Positions 48,648 to 58,270 are shown, numbered from the stretch's first letter. The stretch is DNA of 64,000 nucleotides from Candidatus Bathyarchaeota archaeon (GCA_963833575.1 CAWHXY010000006.1:160001-224000); one strand, 5' to 3'. Notes: generated from the sequence alone by a model not told the origin. Made by a program: numbers and translations.

Positions 48648-51104
48648 CTATTTGCGTTTCAGCATATTTTCTAGAATAGGCTTAAGCTTAGCGTTTTCAG
48701 CCTGGATTTTCTCTTTGCCGAGCTCTTTTCTTTGGGCATCGATTTCTTTGATGACTTCGGCGTAGTGTATGCCTTCTGCGGCTGAAACGTATTCTACTCG
48801 AAACCGTTCTGGACTCATTCCTAGTTTTGTTAGCATGCCTTTGAGGGCGTCGGTTCGTGCTTTCATCTTGTAGTTTCCGTTGATGTAGTGGCAATCGTAG
48901 GGTAAGTGGCATGCACCGACCAAAACCATTCCTGCGCCAAGTCGAAGTGCTTCAAGGACGAATTCTCTTGCAACTCTGCCGCTACACATGACGCGGATGG
49001 CTCGAACGCTGGCTGGGTAGTCGAATCGGCTGATGCCTGCCAGGTCTGCGCCTGCGTAGCTGCACCAGTTGCAAAGAATTGCTAGGATTTTGTCTTCAGG
49101 CTTATCCTCAAGAGCAGCGCGGATTTGAGCCAGTATTTGGGCGTCAGTAAAGTGCATCTGAGTAATTGCGTGTTGTGGACATTCGGCAACGCATGTTCCG
49201 CAGCCATGACAGTTTGCTGTAGTGATGAATGCTGCTTTGCCTGGTTCAGCTTTGATGGCGCCGTAGGGGCATTTGTCAACGCAGACACCGCATTTTGCAG
49301 TTTTGTTTCTGCATTTGGTTTCGTCAACTATTGAGATGATTGGTTCAATCTTCCATTTCTGCTTGCTGATAACTGTGGCTGCGCGTGCTGCGGCGCCGCT
49401 TCCTTGCGAAACGCTGTAGGGAATATCTTTTAAGCCTTGGCAGGCACCTGCGTAGAAAACGCCGTCGGTTGGGGCATCCATGGGTTTAAGTTTGGGATGG
49501 GACTCCATGAAAAAGCCGTCTGAGCCCCTCGACAGATTGAGGATGCGTGCTATGTCTGCAGAACCTTTTTTGGGTATGGCTGCAGTTGCCAGCACGACCA
49601 TATCTGCATCTACTTCAATTGGGACTCCAAGGATTGAATCTTCAGAGTGAACCGTTAAATTATGAGTTTTTGGGTCCTCGTCTATGCGACTTACCCGACC
49701 GCGAATGAAGTTTACACCTCGTTCCCGGGCGCGGTCATAGAATTCTTCGTAGCCTTTGCCTGGACTGCGAATGTCCATGTAGAAAACGTAGACTTCTATA
49801 TCTTCCTTGTACTTTTCCTTAAGCTGAACAACATGTTTGAGGGTGTACATACAGCAGAAGTTGCTGCAGTAGGGGTACTTGCTTTTGTCCCGGCTGCCAA
49901 CACATTGGATGAAGGCGATTCTGTGAGGTTTTTTACCGTCTGATTGCCGGATCACTTTGCCGCCTGTTGGACCAGCAGCCAATATGAGTCTTTCAAACTC
50001 CATGCTGGTGATAACGTTGGGGTATTTTCCGTAGCCTAACAGTGGCATGTCGTAGGGTAAGTAAACGTCAAAGCCTGTGGAAACAATAATTGCGCCAACA
50101 TCAAATTGTACTTCTTCAGGTTTCTGGTTGAAATCGATAGCTTGACGCGCACCGCATACCTCGGTGCATTTGAAGCATTCGATGCAATAATCCTTGTTAA
50201 TAGAATAAATAAGTGGTACAGTCTGGTCAAAGGGCACTGAAATTGCTTTGCGTGTGCCAAGGTTCATGTCCCACTCGTTGGGGTACTCGATTGGGCAAGC
50301 GTCTTTGCATTCTCCGCAGCCCGTGCATTTTTCGGGAATGACATATCGCGGGTTCTTTTTGATTGTTACTTTGAAGTTGCCGATGTATCCGTCAACTTTT
50401 ACAAGTTCCGAGTTAGCGAAAATTGTTATGTTTGGGTGGCGTCCGCAATCGACCATTTTAGGTCCTTCAATACATATGCTGCAATCTAATGTGGGGAACG
50501 TCTTGTCAAGTGCTGCCATATGCCCACCGATGCTCTGCGAGTTTTCAAGCATGTAGACTTTGTAGCCCATTTCAGCGAGGTCTAGAGCCGCGTTCATTCC
50601 TGCGATGCCGCCGCCGATGATTAATGCTTTGTTGGTGACTGGCACTTCGATTGTTTGAAGTTGCTGCATTAACCGGACTTTTGCCACCGCCATACGCACG
50701 GAATCTTTGGCGCGTTCCGTTGCAGCTGCTGGATCATTCTGGTGGCACCATGAAGCGAACTCGCGGATGTTAGCCATTTCGTAGAGAAACGGGTTTAATC
50801 CTGCTTCGGAGACTGTGCGTCTGAAGGTGGGTTCATGCATTCGGGGTGAACAAGCAGCGATGACCACACGGTTAAGTTTTTGTTCACGTATGGCTTTGCG
50901 TATTTCTTCTTGCCCCGGGTCAGCACATGTATAACGATTCTCCTTAACGAACACAACATCTGGAATGGTCTTGGCGTATTCAGAGACTGCCTTAACGTCT
51001 ACTGTGCCTGCAATGTTTAAGCCACAGTGACAAACGAAAACGCCAACTCGCAACTCTTCAGGTTTTGCGCTTTCAGTTGGGCTACAACAAGAGGGAGTAC
51101 TCAT
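48648..51104 (-). CDS. hdrA: Heterodisulfide reductase subunit A fused to C-terminal MvhD
   Basis: CHCGLNIA, AACSP..HE.TF, GGGIAG, TFPTLDCSICI, inserted ferredoxins, QCVGSRD..YCS.FCC; MvhD CNWCSYAGAD, VMCSGRV, CH...DCHY. Confidence 0.95.
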   Translation of the reverse strand: MSTPSCCSPTESAKPEELRVGVFVCHCGLNIAGTVDVKAVSEYAKTIPDVVFVKENRYTCADPGQEEIRKAIREQKLNRVVIAACSPRMHEPTFRRTVSEAGLNPFLYEMANIREFASWCHQNDPAAATERAKDSVRMAVAKVRLMQQLQTIEVPVTNKALIIGGGIAGMNAALDLAEMGYKVYMLENSQSIGGHMAALDKTFPTLDCSICIEGPKMVDCGRHPNITIFANSELVKVDGYIGNFKVTIKKNPRYVIPEKCTGCGECKDACPIEYPNEWDMNLGTRKAISVPFDQTVPLIYSINKDYCIECFKCTEVCGARQAIDFNQKPEEVQFDVGAIIVSTGFDVYLPYDMPLLGYGKYPNVITSMEFERLILAAGPTGGKVIRQSDGKKPHRIAFIQCVGSRDKSKYPYCSNFCCMYTLKHVVQLKEKYKEDIEVYVFYMDIRSPGKGYEEFYDRARERGVNFIRGRVSRIDEDPKTHNLTVHSEDSILGVPIEVDADMVVLATAAIPKKGSADIARILNLSRGSDGFFMESHPKLKPMDAPTDGVFYAGACQGLKDIPYSVSQGSGAAARAATVISKQKWKIEPIISIVDETKCRNKTAKCGVCVDKCPYGAIKAEPGKAAFITTANCHGCGTCVAECPQHAITQMHFTDAQILAQIRAALEDKPEDKILAILCNWCSYAGADLAGISRFDYPASVRAIRVMCSGRVAREFVLEALRLGAGMVLVGACHLPYDCHYINGNYKMKARTDALKGMLTKLGMSPERFRVEYVSAAEGIHYAEVIKEIDAQRKELGKEKIQAENAKLKPILENMLKRK

Positions 51105-52048
51105 TTCATCGAATCCTTTCCAATTTCATGTGCGACGAATCTTCTGTTAACTGCATCTCGTCTGTTCTCGTCAGCTTGAGTTTTTAATTCTTTTAACGCA
51201 TCGACTGGCGAAGTTATTCGTTCTAACGCTTTATTCCAAGTTCCTGAGTGTATGGGAGTATGTTGGACTTTTGTGCGTTTAACCATTAATGCTTCGTCTA
51301 CTGGGCAAACGTTTTTGCATGCGCCACAATAGGTGCAGAATAATTCGTTAACGTGAACTTTCTTGTCCTCACCAAGCGTTAATGCTCCTGGAATGGGGCA
51401 AACATCAAGGCAGTCTTTGCATCCGACGGGGCACTTCTCCTGATCAATGTTGATTTTTCCTTCAAAGGCTTTTGTAACTTTTAATGCGCCTGGACTACAT
51501 TTAAATTCACAAACTCTGCAAGTTGGGCAATAATCCTTTTGGATATCTAAGTTAACTTGAACGCGCTGTTTGGCGCTTGGAGATAAAGCTGCTATGTCTT
51601 CGACAGGGGAACCGTCAAAGCCAACTCTTGAAATTTTGATGAGCGATAACGGGCAGGCATTTTCGCATTCTACACACTCTTTCTGACATAAGTGAGTGTT
51701 CACTTTTATATCGCGGATCAGTTGCGGATAACTTTCCTTCTCCAAAATGGAGAGGTCATGTGTATTATTCAAGGTAACTTTTATCGCTCCATAAGGACAG
51801 GTAACATCACAGATTCCACAAAAAGTGCATTTAGCTAAGTCAACGTCCACTTTGGCTTTCTTAGCTTTCTGCCCTTCAATTTTAGGTTGCTTTTTGGTCG
51901 CAATGGCTTCTTTGGGGCATGCCAAACGGCATATTTGGCAACCAACACAACGGTTCTTATCAATAGTTAATTTGTAGTTTTTAACCTGCAAGACCCACTC
52001 TAAAGTCTGGGCATCTGCCGTATCCTTCTTTACGGTTTGTAACGGCAT
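51101..52048 (-). CDS. Polyferredoxin (six predicted [4Fe-4S], FwdF-like)
   Basis: Six CxxCxxCxxxC(P)-type motifs; 4-bp overlap with hdrA. Confidence 0.85.
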   Translation of the reverse strand: MPLQTVKKDTADAQTLEWVLQVKNYKLTIDKNRCVGCQICRLACPKEAIATKKQPKIEGQKAKKAKVDVDLAKCTFCGICDVTCPYGAIKVTLNNTHDLSILEKESYPQLIRDIKVNTHLCQKECVECENACPLSLIKISRVGFDGSPVEDIAALSPSAKQRVQVNLDIQKDYCPTCRVCEFKCSPGALKVTKAFEGKINIDQEKCPVGCKDCLDVCPIPGALTLGEDKKVHVNELFCTYCGACKNVCPVDEALMVKRTKVQHTPIHSGTWNKALERITSPVDALKELKTQADENRRDAVNRRFVAHEIGKDSMK

Positions 52049-52261
52049 TTATTTTATCACCAAGAGGTCATTACATGCAGGATACAAATTATTCCAACGC
52101 CTAAAGGTTAGAAGATTTGAATACAGAGCTTTTGATATAAATATTACTTGAACAAATCTGCAATCCAATATGAAATAGACAACAAATAAAGAACACCGAG
52201 AATAATGCTTGGCTTTGCAACATTTAAATTCTACTTTAGCATAAGTTTTGAAGGGATTATT

Positions 52262-53443
52262 ATGTCAACCCAAATTTTTGCAAAAGATGTTTATTCAAAA
52301 GATTATAACGCTGTTGAAGCAAATGATACGTTGTCTCGATGTTTAGACGCATTCGAAAAAGGGAAGCCTCCAGTTTTAGCTGTTTTAGACGAAAAAGGCA
52401 AATACTTAGGCATGATATCAAGACGCACGATCTTAAGGTCAAGACTTGACCCAACCACTACCAAAGTCAAAACTTTGATGAAGACTGCTCCGCCGGTTAC
52501 CTTTGATTGTTCCGTAGGTAAAATGGCTAAGTTGATGATTGAAAGTGAAAGTAGGCAGCTTCCAGTTTTTGAAAAGAACAAGATAGTTGGGTTTGTCACT
52601 GATGAGGACATAATTCATGCGGCCGTGCTTGATGAATGGGGAAAAACTCCAATTGAGAAAATCATGACCAAAGCACCATACACTCTTGAATCAAACCGAT
52701 CAGTTGGAGCTGTTCTAAGCTTAATGAGAGAACGAGGTATCTCACATGTTCCAATAATGGACGAAGGCAAACTTGTTGGCATAATTACCATTCAAGATAT
52801 TTTGGAGAATATTTATTGGCCGCAAAGACGTCAGACAACCGGAGATATAGTTGGAGAGAAAATTGAGACATTAAGCGTTCCTGCTAAAGGCATCATGGCA
52901 AGACCAGCTATCACGGTTGAAGCAACAACGAACTTGCGAACTGCTGAGAAGCTTATGCATGATCGAGATGTTTCTTCTCTAGCTATAGTTACAAGCGAGC
53001 GTTTAGTAGGCATTATTACAAAGCTTGATTTTCTTGAGCCACTTTCGCAGTTAGAGGTTGCAGAAAAGAAGTTATCCGTACAGTTCGGAGTTAAAGACTT
53101 GGAAATTAGCCCAGACCAGCAAGGATTCATGATGGATGAATTCGATTCCTTCACACACAAATACCAAGAAGCATTCCAACTAGGAACACTCTTTGTCTAC
53201 ATGAAAAGCCAAGGAAATACAAGCTTAAGAGGAACGCCGCTAGTTCACTGCCGACTGCAGTTTCGAACAGCTAAAGGAACATTCTTTGCTGCCAGCGAAG
53301 GCTGGGGCGTCGAACCCACCTTCAGAGTAGCACTTGACAGACTGGAACGCAGACTGCTCAGAAGCAAAGAACTCCTAGCATACAACCCCAAATACGCAAA
53401 AGATTACATGCGAAAGATCGGGTTGCCCCAAGAAGAAAGCTAA
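52262..53443 (+). CDS. 4xCBS plus C-terminal HPF/RaiA-like domain protein (Hib-type archaeal ribosome hibernation factor)
   Basis: Four CBS repeats (LPV, G.VT..DI, VPI.D.GKLVGIIT..DI, GIIT..D); C-terminal CRLQFRT..G.F.A..EGW......ALDRLERRL. Confidence 0.75.
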   Translation: MSTQIFAKDVYSKDYNAVEANDTLSRCLDAFEKGKPPVLAVLDEKGKYLGMISRRTILRSRLDPTTTKVKTLMKTAPPVTFDCSVGKMAKLMIESESRQLPVFEKNKIVGFVTDEDIIHAAVLDEWGKTPIEKIMTKAPYTLESNRSVGAVLSLMRERGISHVPIMDEGKLVGIITIQDILENIYWPQRRQTTGDIVGEKIETLSVPAKGIMARPAITVEATTNLRTAEKLMHDRDVSSLAIVTSERLVGIITKLDFLEPLSQLEVAEKKLSVQFGVKDLEISPDQQGFMMDEFDSFTHKYQEAFQLGTLFVYMKSQGNTSLRGTPLVHCRLQFRTAKGTFFAASEGWGVEPTFRVALDRLERRLLRSKELLAYNPKYAKDYMRKIGLPQEES

Positions 53444-53734
53444 GCTTTCTTTTCTTGTGTTTTAGATCCCTTTGAAAAGCCTATTTACTGTAGCCAATAG
53501 ATTTTCTTCTAAAAAACATTCTACGCTACATTGCATGTATAGGAAATTCGCTTTGGTAAGCAAGATTTCCGCTCGACAGTTACTGACTTGGTCTACGGCT
53601 AAGTTATACCCCTATTAATTAACTCGGGAATCGGTGGTAACTTCTTCCGCTATTTTATGTCTACAGGGAACTAAAAGGTAAGAAAATTTGGAAACATTTT
53701 TTACTTACTTTTGATACTACTTTTTTGTGAGAAA

Positions 53735-53965
53735 TTGCCTGAATGTGTAACAGTCTCCACAAAAATTCCCAAGCAACTCAAAGAAAAAATGAGAAACCTC
53801 AAAATCAAACCATCCAGAATAGTACGAAAAGCTATCGAAGATGAAATAAAAAGAAAAGAAGCAGAACAACTTAGAGAAGAAATTGACAAATTAAAGCCCA
53901 TACTCGAGAAAGTAAGCATAGAAGACATAGTTAAAAGCATAAGAGAAGACAGAGAAAGCAGATGA
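53735..53965 (+). CDS. vapB: VapB-type RHH antitoxin
   Basis: VTVSTKIP..LKEK....I..S..VRKAIE.E; VKSIREDRESR; ATGA overlap with the toxin. Confidence 0.85.
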   Translation: MPECVTVSTKIPKQLKEKMRNLKIKPSRIVRKAIEDEIKRKEAEQLREEIDKLKPILEKVSIEDIVKSIREDRESR

Positions 53966-54354
53966 AGTACCTATTTGACTCTTCAGCCATATTTAGAGCT
54001 ATCAAAGAAAACAAAATCGACCTTTTAGTTGGTAACTATACGTTAGAAATAGCAAGGTATGAGCTGGGAAATATTGTTTGGAAAAACTATTTCTTGCAAG
54101 CCAAAATCTCAAAAGACGAAGCAAAAATGATCTTAGAAGCAATAAAGCACACGCTAAAGATAATAGAAGTGATACCGATAGAGGGCAATGAAGAAGAAAT
54201 ACTGGAGGCGGCTATACAATTGAAAACTACATTTTACGACGCCTCATACGTTCAAATAGCCAGACTTAAAGAGCTGCAACTAATAACCGAGGACCTACAT
54301 CTAATCAAAAAAGCAATACCAGCCATTAAAGCATCAGTACTAAATGATATTTGA
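53962..54354 (+). CDS. vapC: VapC PIN-domain toxin
   Basis: YLFDSSA, YELGN.VWK, TFYDASY, LITED. Confidence 0.92.
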   Translation: MKYLFDSSAIFRAIKENKIDLLVGNYTLEIARYELGNIVWKNYFLQAKISKDEAKMILEAIKHTLKIIEVIPIEGNEEEILEAAIQLKTTFYDASYVQIARLKELQLITEDLHLIKKAIPAIKASVLNDI

Positions 54355-54466
54355 AAATAAAATCGTAAATTTTCTCGCAATTTCTTTAGATAAAAAGCAA
54401 GCAATTTTCGCTATGCCAAGTTTGAGCTTATTGATTAACTCTGAAGTCGATGTTTGGGCTTGCGGT

Positions 54467-54745
54467 CTAAGCTGGTTCAACCATTATCTCTAACGGATAG
54501 CCGAATAGACAGGTGTCTTCGTCTTCTATTAGAGCTAGAATCAGCTTTGGAACTGTTAGGCGTCCGTCTTTATGCATTTTTCCATAGTAGAACTGCCATC
54601 CTTTGTGGAGCCCAAGAAAATTGACTCCTATCTTTAGTGCTTGGTTGCTTTCCAGTTTGAAACGCCATCGAACCAACTTGGGGATCTGTACATTATTTCT
54701 GTTTTGAAGAGTGGCGGTGAAAGTTACTTTTTCAGTTAAAGGCAT
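54467..54745 (-). CDS. Tandem AbrB/MazE-like swapped-hairpin DNA-binding protein
   Basis: NNVQIPK.VR and DGRLTVPK half-domains; start at MPLTEK; TATA-like CTTAAGTA about 25-30 nt upstream. Confidence 0.65.
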   Translation of the reverse strand: MPLTEKVTFTATLQNRNNVQIPKLVRWRFKLESNQALKIGVNFLGLHKGWQFYYGKMHKDGRLTVPKLILALIEDEDTCLFGYPLEIMVEPA

Positions 54746-54782
54746 ACTCTTTTGCTTGTGCAACCTGTTACTTAAGAATTTA

Positions 54783-54875
54783 GAACGGGAACGGGAACGG
54801 GAACGGGAACGGGAACGGGAACGGGAACGGGAACGGGAACGGGAACGGGAACGGGAACGGGAACGGGAACGGGAA
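54783..54875 (+). repeat. Perfect hexanucleotide microsatellite (GAACGG)15
   Basis: 15 exact copies from 54783 to 54872, plus GAA. Confidence 0.97.
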
Positions 54876-54955
54876 AACACGTAGAACAACGGGCAGACAC
54901 GCAGAAACACTTGCAAACACGCAGAACAACGGGAAAACACTCAACCTGCAAACAT
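54876..54955 (+). repeat. Degenerate direct repeats AACACG(T/C)AGAACAACGGG adjoining the microsatellite
   Basis: Two near-identical 18-mers plus partial ACACGCAGAA/AAACAC copies. Confidence 0.65.
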
Positions 54956-54997
54956 TTCAAAGCCTAAAGCAAAAAAGCAACTTAACACAAAGAACAA

Positions 54998-55040
54998 AAA
55001 TGGACCAGCAGGTGGTGGTTTTTCGGGCAGGTGGTCTATT
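54998..55040 (-). terminator. Imperfect inverted repeat downstream of pyrK, possible terminator
   Basis: AAATGGACCA...TGGTCTATTT, followed on the minus strand by T-rich sequence. Confidence 0.35.
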
Positions 55041-55073
55041 TCCTGTTGAAACAGCGACATGGGTGCGTCTTGT

Positions 55074-55892
55074 TTAGATAGGGATTCTTGAGCCGTCAAA
55101 GCCTAATTTGGAAATGCCCAGTTCGTCTTTGACTTCGCGTAGTTGTGCTGCATTGAAAACGGGGCCGTCTCTGCAGACGCGGTATTTGCCGATGACGCAG
55201 CTTCCGCATAAGCCTATGCCGCACCGCATTAGACGTTCAAGGCTTGCTTCTAGAGGCAGTTTACGTTGTTCGGTTAGTTCAAAGATCTTTTTCACCATGA
55301 CTTCGGGACCGCAGGTGTAGATCATGTCGAATTTTTCTTTTTCTAAAAGTTTGCTCAAAGGCTCTGTGACTAGGCATTGTAATCCGTAGGTGCCGTCGTC
55401 GGTTGTGGTTACCAAATTTTTCTCTGCACAGATACCGTTTAGCTCTCGAATGAATAGGAGTTCGTTTTTGGTTTTGGCGCCCTCAACAAATGATAGCCGC
55501 TCTGTTTTAGCCGAAAGCTGCTTTGCAAGGAAAAGAAGTGGCGCTGTTCCTGTGCCTCCGCTTATCAAGAGGACTCGGCCTCTGCTTTCAGTAAAACTGT
55601 TGCCGAAGGGTCCACGTACGCCAACTGTTGCGCCTGCCTTCATGCTGTGTAAATGTCGGGTTGCGTCGCCAACTTGTTTCACTGAGACGGAAACTAACCC
55701 GTTGCTGGTGTCCATTATGCTCAGGGGGATTTCATCTATGCCGGGTATCCAAAGCATTAAGAATTGTCCGGGTTTAGCTTTTGCGCATAGTCTGTCGGTT
55801 AGAATGAATGTTTTTACTGTGGGGCTCTCGGATCTGATTTGCACAATTTCTGTTGTTCTGAGCGTGTTAACAGTGGTGAGCGAGGTTGACAA
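55074..55892 (-). CDS. pyrK: Dihydroorotate dehydrogenase electron transfer subunit
   Basis: PGQF.M.W, P.SI, RGPFGN.F, GGTG.APL, CGPE.M, MRCGIGLCGSC, VC.DGPVF. Confidence 0.95.
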   Translation of the reverse strand: MSTSLTTVNTLRTTEIVQIRSESPTVKTFILTDRLCAKAKPGQFLMLWIPGIDEIPLSIMDTSNGLVSVSVKQVGDATRHLHSMKAGATVGVRGPFGNSFTESRGRVLLISGGTGTAPLLFLAKQLSAKTERLSFVEGAKTKNELLFIRELNGICAEKNLVTTTDDGTYGLQCLVTEPLSKLLEKEKFDMIYTCGPEVMVKKIFELTEQRKLPLEASLERLMRCGIGLCGSCVIGKYRVCRDGPVFNAAQLREVKDELGISKLGFDGSRIPI

Positions 55893-56790
55893 TTTCTTTT
55901 ACACTCCTGAAATGTTTTTTTCTCAAATAACTTTCGACACCTCTAGTTATCGCTTGGAAAACATCAATATTCTCCAAAGCAAGGGCTGTGCCTACTTGCA
56001 CCGCTGAAGCCCCAGCCAACAAAAACTCAACAGCGTCCCGCCAATCGACGATTCCGCCACACCCTATTATGGGCACGTCTGGCAGTTCTTCGCGGATATC
56101 ATATACACAACGGAGGGCTACCGGCTTCATTGCTGGACCTGACAGACCGCCTTTGACGTTGCTTAAAACTGGCAACATTGTTTCAGAATCAATTGCCATC
56201 GCTTTAAGAGTATTGACAGCAGTTAGCACATCTGCCCCGGCTCTAGCAGCAGCCCTAGCAGTTACTGCGATATCAGCAACATTAGGCGACAACTTCACTA
56301 TTACAGGCTTGCCCACTACCGCTTTAACTTTTCCAACCACTTCAGCCAGCAATTTGGGGTCTTGACCTATTTCTGCACCAGTAAACTGAACATGCGGACA
56401 AGAAACGTTAAGCTCCACAGCGTCAGCACCGGCATCAACCGCTTTTTTCGCAACCAGAGCATATTCATCCGCTGAATAGCCAAACACACTTACAATAACT
56501 GGAACACGCAGAACAGTTTTACAAAATTTTATTTCTTGAGCATACAAATCAATACCCGGATTCGGCAACCCCATAGCGTTAATTAAACTAGCTTCAGCCT
56601 GAACCACGGTCGGGTTCGGGTAGCCAACTCTAGGTTGTAAGCAAATAGATTTTGTGACCACGGCTCCTGCGCCACCTTTGGCTACCCTATTTAGGGACTC
56701 AGCTGAATAACCCAAAACGCCTGAAGCAAGCATAGTTGGGTTTTCCAATTTCAAACCTGCCAAATTCGTACTTAACGAACTAATTTCCAA
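55867..56790 (-). CDS. pyrD: Dihydroorotate dehydrogenase type 1B catalytic subunit
   Basis: NP.MLASG, VTKS, NAMGLPNPG, ELNVSCPH, VKLSPN, GGLSGP..KP, GASAVQVGT. Confidence 0.96.
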   Translation of the reverse strand: MEISSLSTNLAGLKLENPTMLASGVLGYSAESLNRVAKGGAGAVVTKSICLQPRVGYPNPTVVQAEASLINAMGLPNPGIDLYAQEIKFCKTVLRVPVIVSVFGYSADEYALVAKKAVDAGADAVELNVSCPHVQFTGAEIGQDPKLLAEVVGKVKAVVGKPVIVKLSPNVADIAVTARAAARAGADVLTAVNTLKAMAIDSETMLPVLSNVKGGLSGPAMKPVALRCVYDIREELPDVPIIGCGGIVDWRDAVEFLLAGASAVQVGTALALENIDVFQAITRGVESYLRKKHFRSVKEIVNLAHHC

Positions 56791-56924
56791 ATCTTGTTCT
56801 CACCGCTCAATCTTGTTAATTATTTTAACAAGTCAAGGTTCTTTAGACCAAATTTCTGACCTAAAACCATTTTAGTTTAGCTAATTCCAACTATAAATGT
56901 TTACTTATAACCTACTGGAAAGTC

Positions 56925-57127
56925 TTTTATATCCGCGCGATGTAAAAAATTACACAGCTTTGAAAAAAAGTCCAGATGGCTAAATGATGCATTGGAGTAA
57001 ATACCTAATGAAATCCAATAGCGCATGGTTAAGGTGAGCAACCTATAACATATTTCATAACGAAACAGTTTTTTCTTTTGACAAAAATAGCCATCCAGAT
57101 AACTTTGAACTAACGAGGTAACAAATA
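56925..57127 (+). promoter_or_regulatory. TATA box and long structured 5' leader of the pterin operon
   Basis: TTTTATAT near 56925; GATGGCTA/TAGCCATC long-range stem enclosing two hairpins and a U-tract. Confidence 0.45.
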
Positions 57128-57892
57128 TTGAAAGACGTCCAAAATGAAAAGCCTGAAAACGAAATTGAATTAAACAAAGTTGGAGTAGAAGGGCTAAGAA
57201 AATACGTCATAGTTAAAAGTCCAACAAAAAACTATCATACAATCGTAACAATCAACAGCTACATAAAATTGCCCTCCAACCTCCGCGGAGTACACATGAG
57301 CAGGTTTGCGGAGTCAATAGAAGAAATCCCCGAAGAAACAACTTCAATCGAGGACTTAGCTGAAAAAATCTCTAAAACCTCCCTTGCAAAACACCGCTTC
57401 GACTGCTGCACCAAAGTGTTCTGCGAATTTCCATTTGAAAGAACCAGACCCAACGGCGAAAAAGAAAATGCAATAGCCCAAATGTCCGCAAGATACTCAA
57501 CTGCAACCAAAAGAAAAACTCTCTGCATTTCACTTAACGGGGCACTTGCTTGTCCATGTTCAAAAGAAATGTGTAATGGCTTAACGCATAATCAGCGGGG
57601 AAATTTGAGCATAGATATTGACGTTTCAAAAGGCGAAGTTGAACTCTCAGACATCATCAGTACTTGTAGCGAGAGTTTTAGTTCGCCAACATTTTCAATC
57701 TTGAAGAGACCTGAAGAAAAAAAACTTGTTGAGCAAATGCACGAAAACGCCAGATTCGTTGAAGATGTTGTTAGGAAATGTGTCCAGTCACTAAGAGAAA
57801 AATACCCCAATAGGTATTGCAGCGTGAAATGTTCCAGTTATGAATCTATCCACGACCATAATGCCTACTCAGAATGGCGAGGAACACTCTAA
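57128..57892 (+). CDS. mptA: GTP cyclohydrolase MptA/FolE2 family
   Basis: DVQ, RGVHMSRF, ACPCS, THNQRG, LKRPEEK, NARFVEDVVR, ESIH.HNA. Confidence 0.92.
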   Translation: MKDVQNEKPENEIELNKVGVEGLRKYVIVKSPTKNYHTIVTINSYIKLPSNLRGVHMSRFAESIEEIPEETTSIEDLAEKISKTSLAKHRFDCCTKVFCEFPFERTRPNGEKENAIAQMSARYSTATKRKTLCISLNGALACPCSKEMCNGLTHNQRGNLSIDIDVSKGEVELSDIISTCSESFSSPTFSILKRPEEKKLVEQMHENARFVEDVVRKCVQSLREKYPNRYCSVKCSSYESIHDHNAYSEWRGTL

Positions 57893-57907
57893 ACGGATAT
57901 GCGTTAA

Positions 57908-58270
57908 ATGTACAGGCTAAAGGTAGAATCTGATTTCGATGCAGCCCACAAAATAGATGGGTACCAAGGCAAATGTGCTCGACTTCATGGTCACACCTAC
58001 AAAGTCGAAGCCTTCTTTCTAACAAAACAGCTAGATTCAATCGGCGTTTCAGTTGACCTTAGAACCCTAAAAGAAAAGTTGATCAAAATAACTGAACAGT
58101 TTGACCACAGGTATCTAAATGATTTTGCAGAATTAGGCAATCCGACTACTGAAAACCTTTCCCACCACATTTTTCTACGCTTAAAAGATAACTTACCAAA
58201 CGGAACGACTCTGGAGAGGGTAAGGGTTTGGGAAACTCCGAAAAGCTGGTGTGAATATTTTGAAACCTAA
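57908..58270 (+). CDS. queD: 6-carboxy-5,6,7,8-tetrahydropterin synthase (PTPS-I type)
   Basis: FDAAH, CARLHGHTY (CxxxHGH), DH..LND, NPTTEN, VWETP. Confidence 0.92.
   Translation: MYRLKVESDFDAAHKIDGYQGKCARLHGHTYKVEAFFLTKQLDSIGVSVDLRTLKEKLIKITEQFDHRYLNDFAELGNPTTENLSHHIFLRLKDNLPNGTTLERVRVWETPKSWCEYFET

Noticed and set aside
48648-51104. Selenocysteine recoding in HdrA/MvhD
   Set aside because: The frame is uninterrupted with Cys at the relevant motifs and has no in-frame TGA
54783-54955. Possible CRISPR array
   Set aside because: The unit is 6 bp with no unique spacers, and no cas genes are in the window
54746-54960. RS-dipeptide (SR-like) N-terminal extension of ORF 54467..54940 and PV-repeat ORF 54772..54960
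   Set aside because: Both are translations of the hexamer microsatellite; the real gene plausibly starts at ATG 54745 behind its own TATA-like box
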